A stretch of 64,000 bases of DNA, from the NCBI GenBank assembly GCA_000002445.1, contig CH464491.1:1344001-1408000 (forward strand). Reading direction: 5' to 3'. This document shows positions 31,502 to 41,572 of the stretch, piece by piece. Positions within the stretch are counted from its first letter, which is position 1. Each line of letters opens with the position of its first letter. A model generated the notes under the pieces. It saw only the letters and a list, made by a program, of their open reading frames with translations, had not been told where the DNA came from and did no database searches. The stretch comes from Trypanosoma brucei. Taxonomy: Eukaryota. The position numbers and the translations under genes are program-made.

Positions 31502-32078
31502 TTTGATGGAGGAGGTAACGAATAAGTGTGGGGTTTTTGCTTGGAGGAGGTCCTACCCCTCCGCACCACACCAGCTGGAAGTTGGCTTGTCTGTGGTATT
31601 TTTGTGAGGCGTTTTCCTTCTGCTCTCTTTCTGTGGGGTGTTTTTTCGTTGTGTGCTGCCCTACTTTTTCTCCCTTATTTTTGTTCTTTTCCATCATCAG
31701 GGTGCCCAGCTCAGCTCTGAGAGGCATGACATGTGGTGAAGAGAAGTAAAAAATGGCTCACAAATACCTGTGGAGGTTAGTATCGGCTGGAAAAGCCGAA
31801 GAGAATCTGCAACAACTACTATAGTGTGCACTCAGTAGGGGCATAATGGCGAAAAATCGTATCATGCGCCAAGCATGAGTAGTTCGAACGCTGCGCCATT
31901 GGTGACAGCTGCGGCGAAGGAAAGGAAAGTTGTAATTCCTGTTGCTGCGTGTGGTAGGGGCTAGTGAAACGGCTTAGGTTTCTGTTTACTTGTTTGTTTT
32001 TTTCTTTTTGGATCCTTATTTTAGCGATTTGGGAAGAACTAAGTTAGGAAAAGAGTCACAAGGAAATAAGGAAGGGAA

Positions 32079-33761
32079 ATGCGAATCAAGGTAGACGTTG
32101 AGCTGCACAAGCGGGAGATTAACAATATCACCCACGTCCAGGAGGTGTTCAAATCACTTTCGGATACTGTGGAGACGCGCCTAGTTACCGACAAGGAGGC
32201 ACTCACTCGCCTGGTTAGCAATGCACTAGCTAAGGGGACGTTGAGAACCATCGTTCCTGAACTTACGGAAAGGCTTTGCCATCCAGCTCTCTACGAGGAT
32301 TGCCTAAGTGTTTTGTGCGGCGTTATGTTTGACTCCGAGAGGGTTGAACGGGGGGAGTCTCTTGACGGCTTTGTTTCGTTTATCACGCAGCTTCCTGACA
32401 ATGAGCAGAAAAAAGCGAAGGGCGACATTGTGCAACGGGCGATGACGTACCTCTCGAAACCGCGTCGTCTGGATTGCAGTAGGAACCTCCTTCTTCCTTA
32501 CGCAGAGGTCATCGCTGTCCTCACCAAGGTCGACATGCTAAATATCCGTAACGTTGTCGTGGCGCTTATGCAGATGATACGTTTAGATACAACTCGAACT
32601 GCGGGAATAACGTGTTTAGGGAAGTTGGTGGAAGTCGCCCATGGGTTACTGCTTGAGCGGTTAGACCAACATACCCTTCAAACACTCCGCGACACAGTGA
32701 TATTTGCGCGGCAGGATGACATCTTGTCGTACGACGTGGAGTACATCATGGAAGCCTTTGGGTGGGACCAATCCCCCAAGTTTGTGAACTTTTCCGTGCG
32801 ACACTCAGGGGTACACCACAAATCGGCTATTCTAACCTTGGCCTACAGTGGCGGGAACGGCTCCCGCGAAGTGGTCGTGACTTCCTCCGTAGACGGTACT
32901 ATTGGAACGTGGGATCATTCAGGTGCCCTTACGGAGAACCTCGTTCTTTCGCGTCATTACGCCTCCTCAATAGATTTTGCGGACCATGGACGCGCCCTAA
33001 TCGTCGGTACGGTCGGAAGAACGGCTTCCATTCCCCCCGCCATTGTCATATATACTGCTCAGCCAACATACAATGAAGAGTCCAATTGGCAAGAGAAGTG
33101 TGGCGCTGAGCCGCGTGATGCTATGTTTATAACCACTGTGAAGTGCCTCCGGAGTTTTTCGTCTATGAGATATTGTTGTGGCGCAACCGTTGCAACGGGA
33201 AGCACGTTGATCCTTTACGACGGGACGCAGGTTATCCAGGAGTACAATGGTCACAGTGATGTGATATCCGCCATGCACGTTATACCGGACAGGGACAATA
33301 CTGTTGTGACGGGGTCGAGGGACTGCTCGGTGATGGTTTATGATCTTCGTATGCCCCAAAGCGTCACGACAACCTCCGCCCATCGGCACTATAGCACAGT
33401 AACGTCCATTGGGAGCTGTGGTGACTTCCTTTTTACCAGTGGCCTTGACCGCCGCGTTGTCGTGAACGACTTACGCATGATGGGGCAAGGAATGGCCACA
33501 CAGGATTTGGATAGTGCTGTACTTAGTATATCCGTGAACTCAAGTATGGTTTGCGCCGCTTCCACGCTGACAGGTGTGCATCTTATTAATTTTGGGAACA
33601 ATCCGATACTCACCTGCAGGGCAGATAGCATGAAGATGAGTCCACGATATAACGCCGTTTCCTGGAACGCGCAAGGTGACGTTCTGTACGCAGGAGGCGA
33701 TAATAACACGTTGGATATGTTCACGCGGCGCTTCCCTGAGACTGAAGCGTATGCTGCGTAA
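32079..33761 (+). CDS. WD40-repeat protein (helical N-terminal half, beta-propeller C-terminal half)
   Basis: ATG checked at 32079. C-terminal repeats include GH and WD-like dipeptides (VTSSVDGTIGTWDH, YNGHSDVISAMHV, TGSRDCSVMVYDLR, SGLDRRVVVNDLR). Specific family not recognised. Confidence 0.6.
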   Translation: MRIKVDVELHKREINNITHVQEVFKSLSDTVETRLVTDKEALTRLVSNALAKGTLRTIVPELTERLCHPALYEDCLSVLCGVMFDSERVERGESLDGFVSFITQLPDNEQKKAKGDIVQRAMTYLSKPRRLDCSRNLLLPYAEVIAVLTKVDMLNIRNVVVALMQMIRLDTTRTAGITCLGKLVEVAHGLLLERLDQHTLQTLRDTVIFARQDDILSYDVEYIMEAFGWDQSPKFVNFSVRHSGVHHKSAILTLAYSGGNGSREVVVTSSVDGTIGTWDHSGALTENLVLSRHYASSIDFADHGRALIVGTVGRTASIPPAIVIYTAQPTYNEESNWQEKCGAEPRDAMFITTVKCLRSFSSMRYCCGATVATGSTLILYDGTQVIQEYNGHSDVISAMHVIPDRDNTVVTGSRDCSVMVYDLRMPQSVTTTSAHRHYSTVTSIGSCGDFLFTSGLDRRVVVNDLRMMGQGMATQDLDSAVLSISVNSSMVCAASTLTGVHLINFGNNPILTCRADSMKMSPRYNAVSWNAQGDVLYAGGDNNTLDMFTRRFPETEAYAA

Positions 33762-34660
33762 CAGAGGGTTCTAAAAAACAATCGGACAAAAAAGAAAAAT
33801 AATCAAAACAAAATGATTTAAAATATAAAAGAACATCTCTTTATTCCTCTTGCCTTTTTTGACCCTTCTAGTATCCTCCCCCAACACCTACCTGCCCTTT
33901 CTTCCCTCGTTTCCACCCGTACACGTGTCCGTCAGTCGAGCTTATGAATGAGTGTGCGATGGAAACTGATGCGGAGGGGTGGGGTTGGGGGGGAGGAGGG
34001 AAGGGCCAACGCGTGTGAGTAGGGAGGGAATTGTTGCTGTAACTTTAACTTTCCACCAAACGATGTGTTAGTGAGCGAGTTGTGCATGGGAGTTGGAAAC
34101 AGACAAAAACTATGAAAAAAAGGAGGAAGTTTTAAAATTTACTGAGTTTGACGTATATGCGTGCAAGTTTATATATATATAGGAAGGATCAGGAGAGAGA
34201 AAGCTGAAGATGAGACTTAATGGAGGCGAGGCAACAACGGAAGGAAAAAAGTTAAACAAAAAAAGATCTAATAATTATGTTTATATGATGGTTTCAGGGA
34301 AAAGGTGACTATTAGCACAAAATCTTCATTTTCTTTGTTTCTTACCTTTTCTTCGTGTTTTATCCCACTGAATATTTAATCTTCACACGACTACTCCCTC
34401 CGTTTTATGCAATAATATATATTACTCTCTCCACTACATCGGCGTACCTCGGCTAGATGCTTCGACCTTTATCCATCTGCTCTTTGTTGGCTTGTTTGGC
34501 CACTCTTAACTTATTATCACCTTCTTTCCCTTTGTATTCTCTTCTCCATTGAACCGACGGGTTTCCAAGCTTTTCATCCTCTTCCCCGATTCGTAGTGGC
34601 CCTCCTTTAAGTTCTCATTAGTCGACGGCTCATACATTCACTTTCACACACGATAGGCCC

Positions 34661-35839
34661 ATGGACAACGGTAAGCGCATTGCCGAGGACGTTGAGGTGT
34701 TTCTTCGCGCCGCACGTGCGAAGGATGTGCTGAAGTGCTCCGAAATGCTGAAGCAGAAACCCTCGTTGATCGACTCTGTGGAGGCAGGGGGGTTCTCGGC
34801 ACTGCACTTCGCGGCGTTTAACGGCGATCTTGATATGCTTTACATGCTTTTAGAATACAAACCAACGCTGAGTCTGAAGAACTATGATGGTAATACACCG
34901 TTGATCATGGCGGCGAAGGTTCGGCAGCATGAAGCTATCAAAGTCTTGGTCGATGCCGGTGCCGATGTTAACTTCAGGACACCTACTGGCGGGACGGCAG
35001 CGCACTTTGCTGCATCGATGGGTCATGTAGACACAGTGAGATATTTGGTAGGGCTCGGTGCCGATGTCATGCACGTGGACTGTGAGACGGGCTCCTTGCT
35101 TCATTGGGCTGCTCATTCGGGGGACGTGGACTGCTTGGGGGCGATGATTTATGAGTTCAGAGTTCCCATCGACATCAAAGACTCCAACGGTGGGTCACCT
35201 CTCTTCACGGCGTTGTTTATGAAGAAAGTTGAAGCTGTTGAGTTCCTACTGGAGCACGGTGCCGATCCCCACACCGTGGTTGAAGGGGATCTCTCCACGC
35301 CTTTGCACATTGCCGTAGAACACTCCAACACGGAGTGTGTGAAACTCCTCCTAAGTTACGGTGCCAACCCCAACTCCAAAAACAAGAGTGGAGACACCCC
35401 CGTGGCCATTGCTGAGAGGGAAAAGAAACAATCCGCCCTCAAGGAACTTCTTAAGCTCCCCGTCAGCGAGGAGAAGAGGAAGGAAGAGGCTAACCGCTTC
35501 AAGATGCAGGGGAACAAGGTGTTTGAAGATGGAGAGAATGTAAAGGCTGCCAAGTATTACACGCTGGCGATACGTATGGACAATACAAATCACGTCTTCT
35601 TCAGCAACCGGGCTGCGGCATACTTCAACCAGCGCCATTACAGCGGAGCTTATTGGGACTCATTGAGGTGTATCACGCTAGCACCACAATGGGCCAAGGG
35701 ATACTTCCGCAAAGCAGCAACCGAATTGGCTATGAAAAAGCGCGACGAGGCACTCCGGACGTGCGAGGAAGGTCTTCGTTTGGATCCTCAAAACAAAGAC
35801 CTTCTGACAATAAGGGAAGAGACGCGGAGGTCGAAGTGA
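34661..35839 (+). CDS. Ankyrin-repeat plus TPR-repeat protein
   Basis: ATG checked at 34661. Five or six ankyrin repeats (GFSALHFAAFNGDLDMLYMLL, GNTPLIMAAKVRQHEAIKVLVDAGADVN, GGTAAHFAASMGHVDTVRYLVGLGADV, GSLLHWAAHSGDVDCL, GSPLFTALFMKKVEAVEFLLEHGADP, STPLHIAVEHSNTECVKLLLSYGANPN), then TPR-like helices (ANRFKMQGNKVFEDGENVKAAKYYTLAI, AYFNQRHYSGAYWDSLRCITLAPQWAKGYFRKA). Confidence 0.7.
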   Translation: MDNGKRIAEDVEVFLRAARAKDVLKCSEMLKQKPSLIDSVEAGGFSALHFAAFNGDLDMLYMLLEYKPTLSLKNYDGNTPLIMAAKVRQHEAIKVLVDAGADVNFRTPTGGTAAHFAASMGHVDTVRYLVGLGADVMHVDCETGSLLHWAAHSGDVDCLGAMIYEFRVPIDIKDSNGGSPLFTALFMKKVEAVEFLLEHGADPHTVVEGDLSTPLHIAVEHSNTECVKLLLSYGANPNSKNKSGDTPVAIAEREKKQSALKELLKLPVSEEKRKEEANRFKMQGNKVFEDGENVKAAKYYTLAIRMDNTNHVFFSNRAAAYFNQRHYSGAYWDSLRCITLAPQWAKGYFRKAATELAMKKRDEALRTCEEGLRLDPQNKDLLTIREETRRSK

Positions 35840-37407
35840 CTAAGCAACGATGCAACAGTCTAACTGTTGTTATTTGCTGCTTTTCTTCTTATTCTTCTAT
35901 TGTTGATAGTTGTCGTCATATTGGCCCTCCTTTCCGCTCCTCCTGCTTCTTTGTTGTTGTGCTGTCGTGGGTCTTTTTGATGCTGTTTGGTGCTTCACCA
36001 AACACAGTGGATCGGCAGCACGTGCTCTGTTCCTCGACATATGAGATGGGCTTGTGTCGTGATTGGAGGATCGCTGTGTAGCCTCCTGCGCTTGGTGGCA
36101 AGCCGCACCAGTTGGGTTTTCTGTATCTAATTCCTGCTGGGTTGGTTTTTCCTCATCCTGTTGCAGAGGCTCGCACGTAAGTAATTTAACGAAAACTAAA
36201 TTTAAGGAGGTTTGTTATTACTGTTATTGTTATTGTTTTTTTTTTCGGTTCAAGAAGAAAAGGTGAGAAGAAAAACAAGTAAGAATAGTCTGATCTTCTC
36301 AGGAGGGTGAGCCATTGTAGAGAGAAGGTGCTGCGGAGGAGGAATACTAACTAGAAAGGAAAGAAAGACGAGGCTGGTTTGACGTGGGCAAAAAACAACC
36401 AACAAGAAAAAGGCTCTAAGCGTTCCCAGAGAGGAGACGTGACGCATATCGCTCTCCAGTATCTCCCTTTCCCTTGGGTCGTTCCAATTCTCTCACCCGA
36501 CACCACATGTGCGTGAATATATACTGCACTCTCCTTATTTTTCTACCTCTTTTTCTCTTTTCATCCTTTCTTCTTAACTTGCCGATTTCCCGCTTCACTC
36601 TATATTTTATTCTTCTCCATCTTCCCTCCTTCTTTTTCTTCAAGTGACCACTATTTACTTTTCCATGTACCAGTGAATGTTAGCGGTTCTGACAGTCTGA
36701 TGCGCGCTGGGAGAGGCCAATATCGCGGTGGAAGAGGTTGGCATGGACCGCCTACCAATGCCTAATCATACGAAACTCGTGTGCGCCATTCTTTAGTTTT
36801 TATTTCCTCTTTTGCAGTTCTCGGCAGGGTGTCCTGTCCCGGCTATTAGTTCTGATGTGCTGCAGTCACCATCTGTTGCGCATGTCATGACAGCTTTGTG
36901 AGGTTACCGAATGGTATATTCCAGAAGACCCTCAAATAAATATCGGTAGGAGCCGGCGTATTTAAATGGTAGGAACGACACAGGAGCCTTCAAAGTATTG
37001 ATACAAATATGTGCCATCTCGTGTTATTTTTGATCAGGTGGAGTGAACGTTCTTCCGTTGGCAGCACAAGTCTTCTTCCTCTCGCTGTAAATTTGAATGG
37101 GAGTGTGACCCCCCAGCAGTGAGAAGCATAGCCCACACCAATGCGTTGCATTATGTCATTTGTTCACATAGCACTACTGTTGTGCACACTTTTTAACATA
37201 AAAGTGCGCATTAATTCGGTATCGTCTTGTATACGTATTTCAGTTGCCCATCAGCGCCAAATGTTGGCACGCAGTCGGTCTTCACGTGTCCCCCAGCTTC
37301 CTACTACCACTTAGTTTTCCTGCCTGTTCTTTTTGCTTTTGTGCTATATCAAATGTACGTACCAAAAATGAAAGTAATTAGAATTTAGTACATAGGATTA
37401 CTTTGCA

Positions 37408-38226
37408 ATGTCTACAATCTACAATGCAGTGGATGCCTCTACGCTAAATGACCGGTGCCGCACGGACCTACTGGATACCGTGGCGCAGTTGGGCCGCCAT
37501 TGCGAAACATTACCCAAGAAGGCCGTCACTACTGCGGATGCGCCACTCCCGTCATGTACATTTAACACAACTGTCTCCCGCTCGCAAAAAGAAATTAACT
37601 GCTCTAACGAGGCAGCACTCGATAAGTACATAGAGGAGAAGGGTGCGACCCGCTGGAGGACGACACAGGCGTTGGCATCGACTTATTTCAAGGACCACAA
37701 GCCAAAGTTCCACGGCGCGTTGCGTACACAAGATTGCTTCCGTGACACCCGCGACATAACACAACTCTCCTCGAAGGAAAAGGATTTTGTACATCGCTAC
37801 GCTGAGGCGAAGATGAAAAAATCTATTCCTCGTGAAGAGAGCGATGATGTGGCCAAAAAGGTCGCAACAGAGGCTTACACGGAGGCCTTCCGCAAGTTTA
37901 AGGGGAGGGACCCCACGGAGAAGGAATTGCTGGAGGTTGAGCGGCTCTACTTTGCCTATGCAGATGACGGAGCGGTCGGTGTTGTTCAGAAGCCGCATTT
38001 CCATGGGCCACATATGCATGTTTCTATTTGTAACAGGAAATATGTTACTTGCCCGAATCAGGTATACCGAGCGTCTCTGCCGGCCGTACGGAATGCACGC
38101 TCTCGTTTCCCTGGGCCCATCCCCGTCTGGACGTCCACGAAGAACTTACACGCAGTGGCGTCTAACGATACCTACAGGCCGGGAGTCCACAACGTTAGCA
38201 AGTTTGGGGAAACATCGAGCAAGTAG
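37408..38226 (+). CDS. Hypothetical protein (272 aa)
   Basis: ATG checked at 37408. Long ORF in the coding orientation with no motif recognised. Confidence 0.4.
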   Translation: MSTIYNAVDASTLNDRCRTDLLDTVAQLGRHCETLPKKAVTTADAPLPSCTFNTTVSRSQKEINCSNEAALDKYIEEKGATRWRTTQALASTYFKDHKPKFHGALRTQDCFRDTRDITQLSSKEKDFVHRYAEAKMKKSIPREESDDVAKKVATEAYTEAFRKFKGRDPTEKELLEVERLYFAYADDGAVGVVQKPHFHGPHMHVSICNRKYVTCPNQVYRASLPAVRNARSRFPGPIPVWTSTKNLHAVASNDTYRPGVHNVSKFGETSSK

Positions 38227-38724
38227 CTTCAAATAACAACATCACTAGATGATCGCCAATCACCAGAGGAAGCAAATGTACAGAAACAGTAGAGAGGAGG
38301 GGATTGTGGAAGGAACCAATTTTTTTTGTTTTTTTAAATGTGATGTATGGATGTGTGAGGAGGATGTGTATTCCGTGTCCAAATATCGTACACTTACGTG
38401 TACATTCCTCTTGTGGTTCAGCTGTTTGTTTATTTTCCCTATCCCTTCCCTCTGCCTCCGTTGGTGGTAGAAGGTTGTCACACGATTCCCCCCTGCTTTG
38501 AAAAAAAAAAGGAGAGCAATTGATCGACCTTTTCCGCAAGTGCACGGCACCTTTCTCGTGTGGAGGTTGCTACTTCCTCTTCCTAGCTTTCTGCGTGTTT
38601 ATTTTTCTTTGATTCGGAAAAACTTGAATTCTTTCCCTTTTTTTCCATTACTTTGCTTTTGTTCTTTAATGAGTTAGTGAGTGCGAGGTGGACCGCGCTC
38701 TGGTAAGGCTGCTGTGTTACATAG

Positions 38725-39456
38725 ATGGTCGAAAGAACAGCGGATCAGCGGATTCGTACGACGGAATGGGAGGAGGTGCAGTACAAATTCGGAAATCGCG
38801 TTGGGAAATATGCCACTAACGAGGTGGAGCTACTCGCCCAAAAGATTGCTGATAACAATTTAAATGCTCCTCTCAAAGCATACGATCCTCATGAAGAGAA
38901 GGTGATGGACAAAGTGGAGCGTGGCGGATACGACACGGGACGGGCTGAGGAAGAAGGAGGCCCAGCTTTTGATGATGCATTGCCTGATGATGACGATGAG
39001 GCTCTCGCTGCATTTCGTAGGAAGCGACTGGCGGAGCTGCAGCGGCAGAAGGAAGTGGAGCGGTTTGGTGTACTTCGTCATGTCTCAGGTGCGGATTACA
39101 TGACGGAGGTTACCGAGGCCTCTAGCACTAACTGGGTTGTTGCGGTGCTAATTAAGCCTGGCCATGACAACTGCGAGGCGTTGCTGTCAGTCATGCGAGT
39201 AGCGGCCCAGCGTCATCGTGACGTGAAGTTTCTTTCTATGGTGTCAACGGAGGCTATAAAAAACTTTCCCGACCGTCACCTCCCTTGTGTGCTGCTGTAT
39301 AGGGATAAGAAGCTGGAGAACCAGCTGACGGAGGTTGCTTCGTGGAAAGGGAAGCAAAATAGACTTTCTCTAGAATCGGTGGAGCGGGTTCTACATCGCT
39401 ATGGTGTGATCCGAAACACTGATTATGACCACGATGATGATGATGATGATGCATGA
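38725..39456 (+). CDS. Phosducin-like protein (thioredoxin-fold, PhLP family)
   Basis: ATG checked at 38725. N-terminal TEWEEVQYKFGN... and acidic helix. The C-terminal thioredoxin-like block (FGVLRHVSGADYMTEVTEASSTNWVVAVLIKPG...CEALLSVMRVAAQRHRDVKFLSMVST...LPCVLLYRDKKL) matches the phosducin/PhLP architecture. Poly-Asp tail. Confidence 0.65.
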   Translation: MVERTADQRIRTTEWEEVQYKFGNRVGKYATNEVELLAQKIADNNLNAPLKAYDPHEEKVMDKVERGGYDTGRAEEEGGPAFDDALPDDDDEALAAFRRKRLAELQRQKEVERFGVLRHVSGADYMTEVTEASSTNWVVAVLIKPGHDNCEALLSVMRVAAQRHRDVKFLSMVSTEAIKNFPDRHLPCVLLYRDKKLENQLTEVASWKGKQNRLSLESVERVLHRYGVIRNTDYDHDDDDDDA

Positions 39457-39534
39457 GTAAGTGAGCAATGTGGTACCCGCTGGTTCAGGTAGCGTATTAC
39501 CCATCTTTGGATGCATTCACCCTTCACGAATAAA

Positions 39535-39560
39535 GATATATATATATATATATATATATA
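39535..39560. repeat. (AT)n microsatellite
   Basis: atatatatatatatatatatatatat, read directly from the sequence. Confidence 0.9.
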
Positions 39561-39647
39561 CGTATATGTGCTTGTGCGTGCACTTACCTTGCTTTTTTAT
39601 ATGAGCTGATTGGGTGTGCTTTCATCAATTACACAAATTATGCAGGA

Positions 39648-41279
39648 ATGTCAGTAACTGCAGAATTGCACTGTCGTTACTCTGTTTCTTTTCAGCCTGT
39701 AGTCATCATGTCCGTCGATGGGGCGATTATATCTGACATGTACCGCCTACTTTCAGAGAAGCAGCCCATATCGTTTTTTATTCTTTTGTGCGGGCAAAGT
39801 GGGTGCGGTAAGTCTACCACCCTGCGTGCTGTAGGCGATGGGGCCGCTGCCCGCGGCATGAATGTGACGTATGGAGCCCCTATACTCGAAGAAGCGGATA
39901 CGCTAGAGTGGAATGTGGAAAAAGCAAACCTGCACATTGTAGATTTTAATACGATGCGGTCGATGGACGTCAAGGGATATCCCGATTCGTCCTCATACCG
40001 GCCCGGGACAGTAGTTATTCTCGACGACATCGAGTCTATCTACCACCTTATGCACATGCAGGGAGTGTCGCACCGCCTTGAACTCTTTCTGCGGCTCCTA
40101 CTGAGTTCATCTCGCAGTGCTCTGATCACATCCGCGATTGATGCTTCCCGTGTACCGCAATGGCTAATTGACATGAAGGCTCCAGTGGTGTACCACATAC
40201 CAGAACTCACAGGGAGTGCTACACGACGCTACATCCGTACACTTCCTGAAGCGGATGTCTACGCAAGCTGCGCTGACGAAGGTGGTGGGGATATATTGGC
40301 GTCATGCCTCCGTACACAGCGGGATCTCACGTTATATTTATGTTGCGCAAAGTTTAGGGGGGAGACGCGGCACCCCATCAACTCCGGTGCATTACACTTT
40401 TCTGGCCATCTGCGTGCGCCTCTACAGCAGTTGTCTCAACCTGATAGGAAGTTGTTTGGTCTTGACGCTGTTGCTGACAGGATAGATGCTCTTGTACGAC
40501 ACTTCATTGGGCGGGACGGGTCTTCCATAAGTGGGTTACTTTCAACTGTTGCTTCCACCACTGGGATATTACTGCATGGCCCACCTGGTAGCGGGAAAAC
40601 TGCCTTGGCAATGCGCTACCACTCACTCTATCCTGGAAAATTCTTTTCCGTAAATTGTGCTACACTCTTTTCAAAGTACCTGGGCGAAAGTGAGCAGCGA
40701 CTCCGCGAAGCTTTTGTGCTGGCCCGATCTCGGGCCCCATCAATATTGTTTTTAGACGGCGTGGATGTGATCGGGTCATCGCGTGGTTCCATGTCGTCTG
40801 ATAACAATGGTGGAGGTGTGGACATCTCGAGAAGGATGCTCGCTGCTCTTCTTTGTGAACTCGATGGACTCAGTGATGGCGGCCGTGTTCTCGTGATTGC
40901 TGCAACAGCTGTACCGAATAAACTTGATTCTGCCCTTCTTCGACAAGGCCGTTTCGAGACACTTCAGTACGTCCCACCGCTGAGCTATGGTGCATCCTGT
41001 GAGATGGCACTTGACTTCTTCGAGCGTTTCATTGATGCTACCGAATATAGGGACAAAGTGAAAAATCTGGCAGCGCTTGTTGCAACACGGTCGGAGGGGA
41101 GCACGCCCGCATCGCTCAGGGCGTTCCTCCGAGTTCTTCTTGAGAAACAGCTCGAATTGTCGAATGGGCACTGCGTGGACGGGACAGAGCTTCCTTTGCC
41201 TTCCGCCACATTGGTTAGGGACGCTTTAGGGGAAACGAATCAACTAATACGTGCTGATTATGCATTTGCTGCCCTTTGA
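39648..41279 (+). CDS. AAA+ family ATPase
   Basis: ATG checked at 39648. Canonical AAA module: Walker A LLHGPPGSGKT (40578-40601), Walker B ILFLDGVD, second region of homology and Arg finger LLRQGRFETLQYVPP, and SKYLGESEQRLREAF typical of classical AAA. An N-terminal degenerate P-loop CGQSGCGKST is also present. Confidence 0.7.
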   Translation: MSVTAELHCRYSVSFQPVVIMSVDGAIISDMYRLLSEKQPISFFILLCGQSGCGKSTTLRAVGDGAAARGMNVTYGAPILEEADTLEWNVEKANLHIVDFNTMRSMDVKGYPDSSSYRPGTVVILDDIESIYHLMHMQGVSHRLELFLRLLLSSSRSALITSAIDASRVPQWLIDMKAPVVYHIPELTGSATRRYIRTLPEADVYASCADEGGGDILASCLRTQRDLTLYLCCAKFRGETRHPINSGALHFSGHLRAPLQQLSQPDRKLFGLDAVADRIDALVRHFIGRDGSSISGLLSTVASTTGILLHGPPGSGKTALAMRYHSLYPGKFFSVNCATLFSKYLGESEQRLREAFVLARSRAPSILFLDGVDVIGSSRGSMSSDNNGGGVDISRRMLAALLCELDGLSDGGRVLVIAATAVPNKLDSALLRQGRFETLQYVPPLSYGASCEMALDFFERFIDATEYRDKVKNLAALVATRSEGSTPASLRAFLRVLLEKQLELSNGHCVDGTELPLPSATLVRDALGETNQLIRADYAFAAL

Positions 41280-41572
41280 GGAGGAAGGCGCTCCCTTTTA
41301 TCCTTGCTGGTGCGTTTGATGGAGCCGGCATGCGTTGCATATGTTTTGTACATGAGGCCATGGGCGGTGAAGGTTGTGATTATTATTAATGCAGTATTTA
41401 CCGGATAATGGGGCATTCAACGTTATTCGTAAACCCATGATAATGTGTGTATGGTGTGATGCATCCTTTCCCCCCTCTGTTTCGTTATGTTGACTCGTTA
41501 CCTGACCTCCTCCCACCATTTCCTCGTCTCCTTTCATCGCTTATCCACGATATAGTTAGTCATAAGGGGTAG

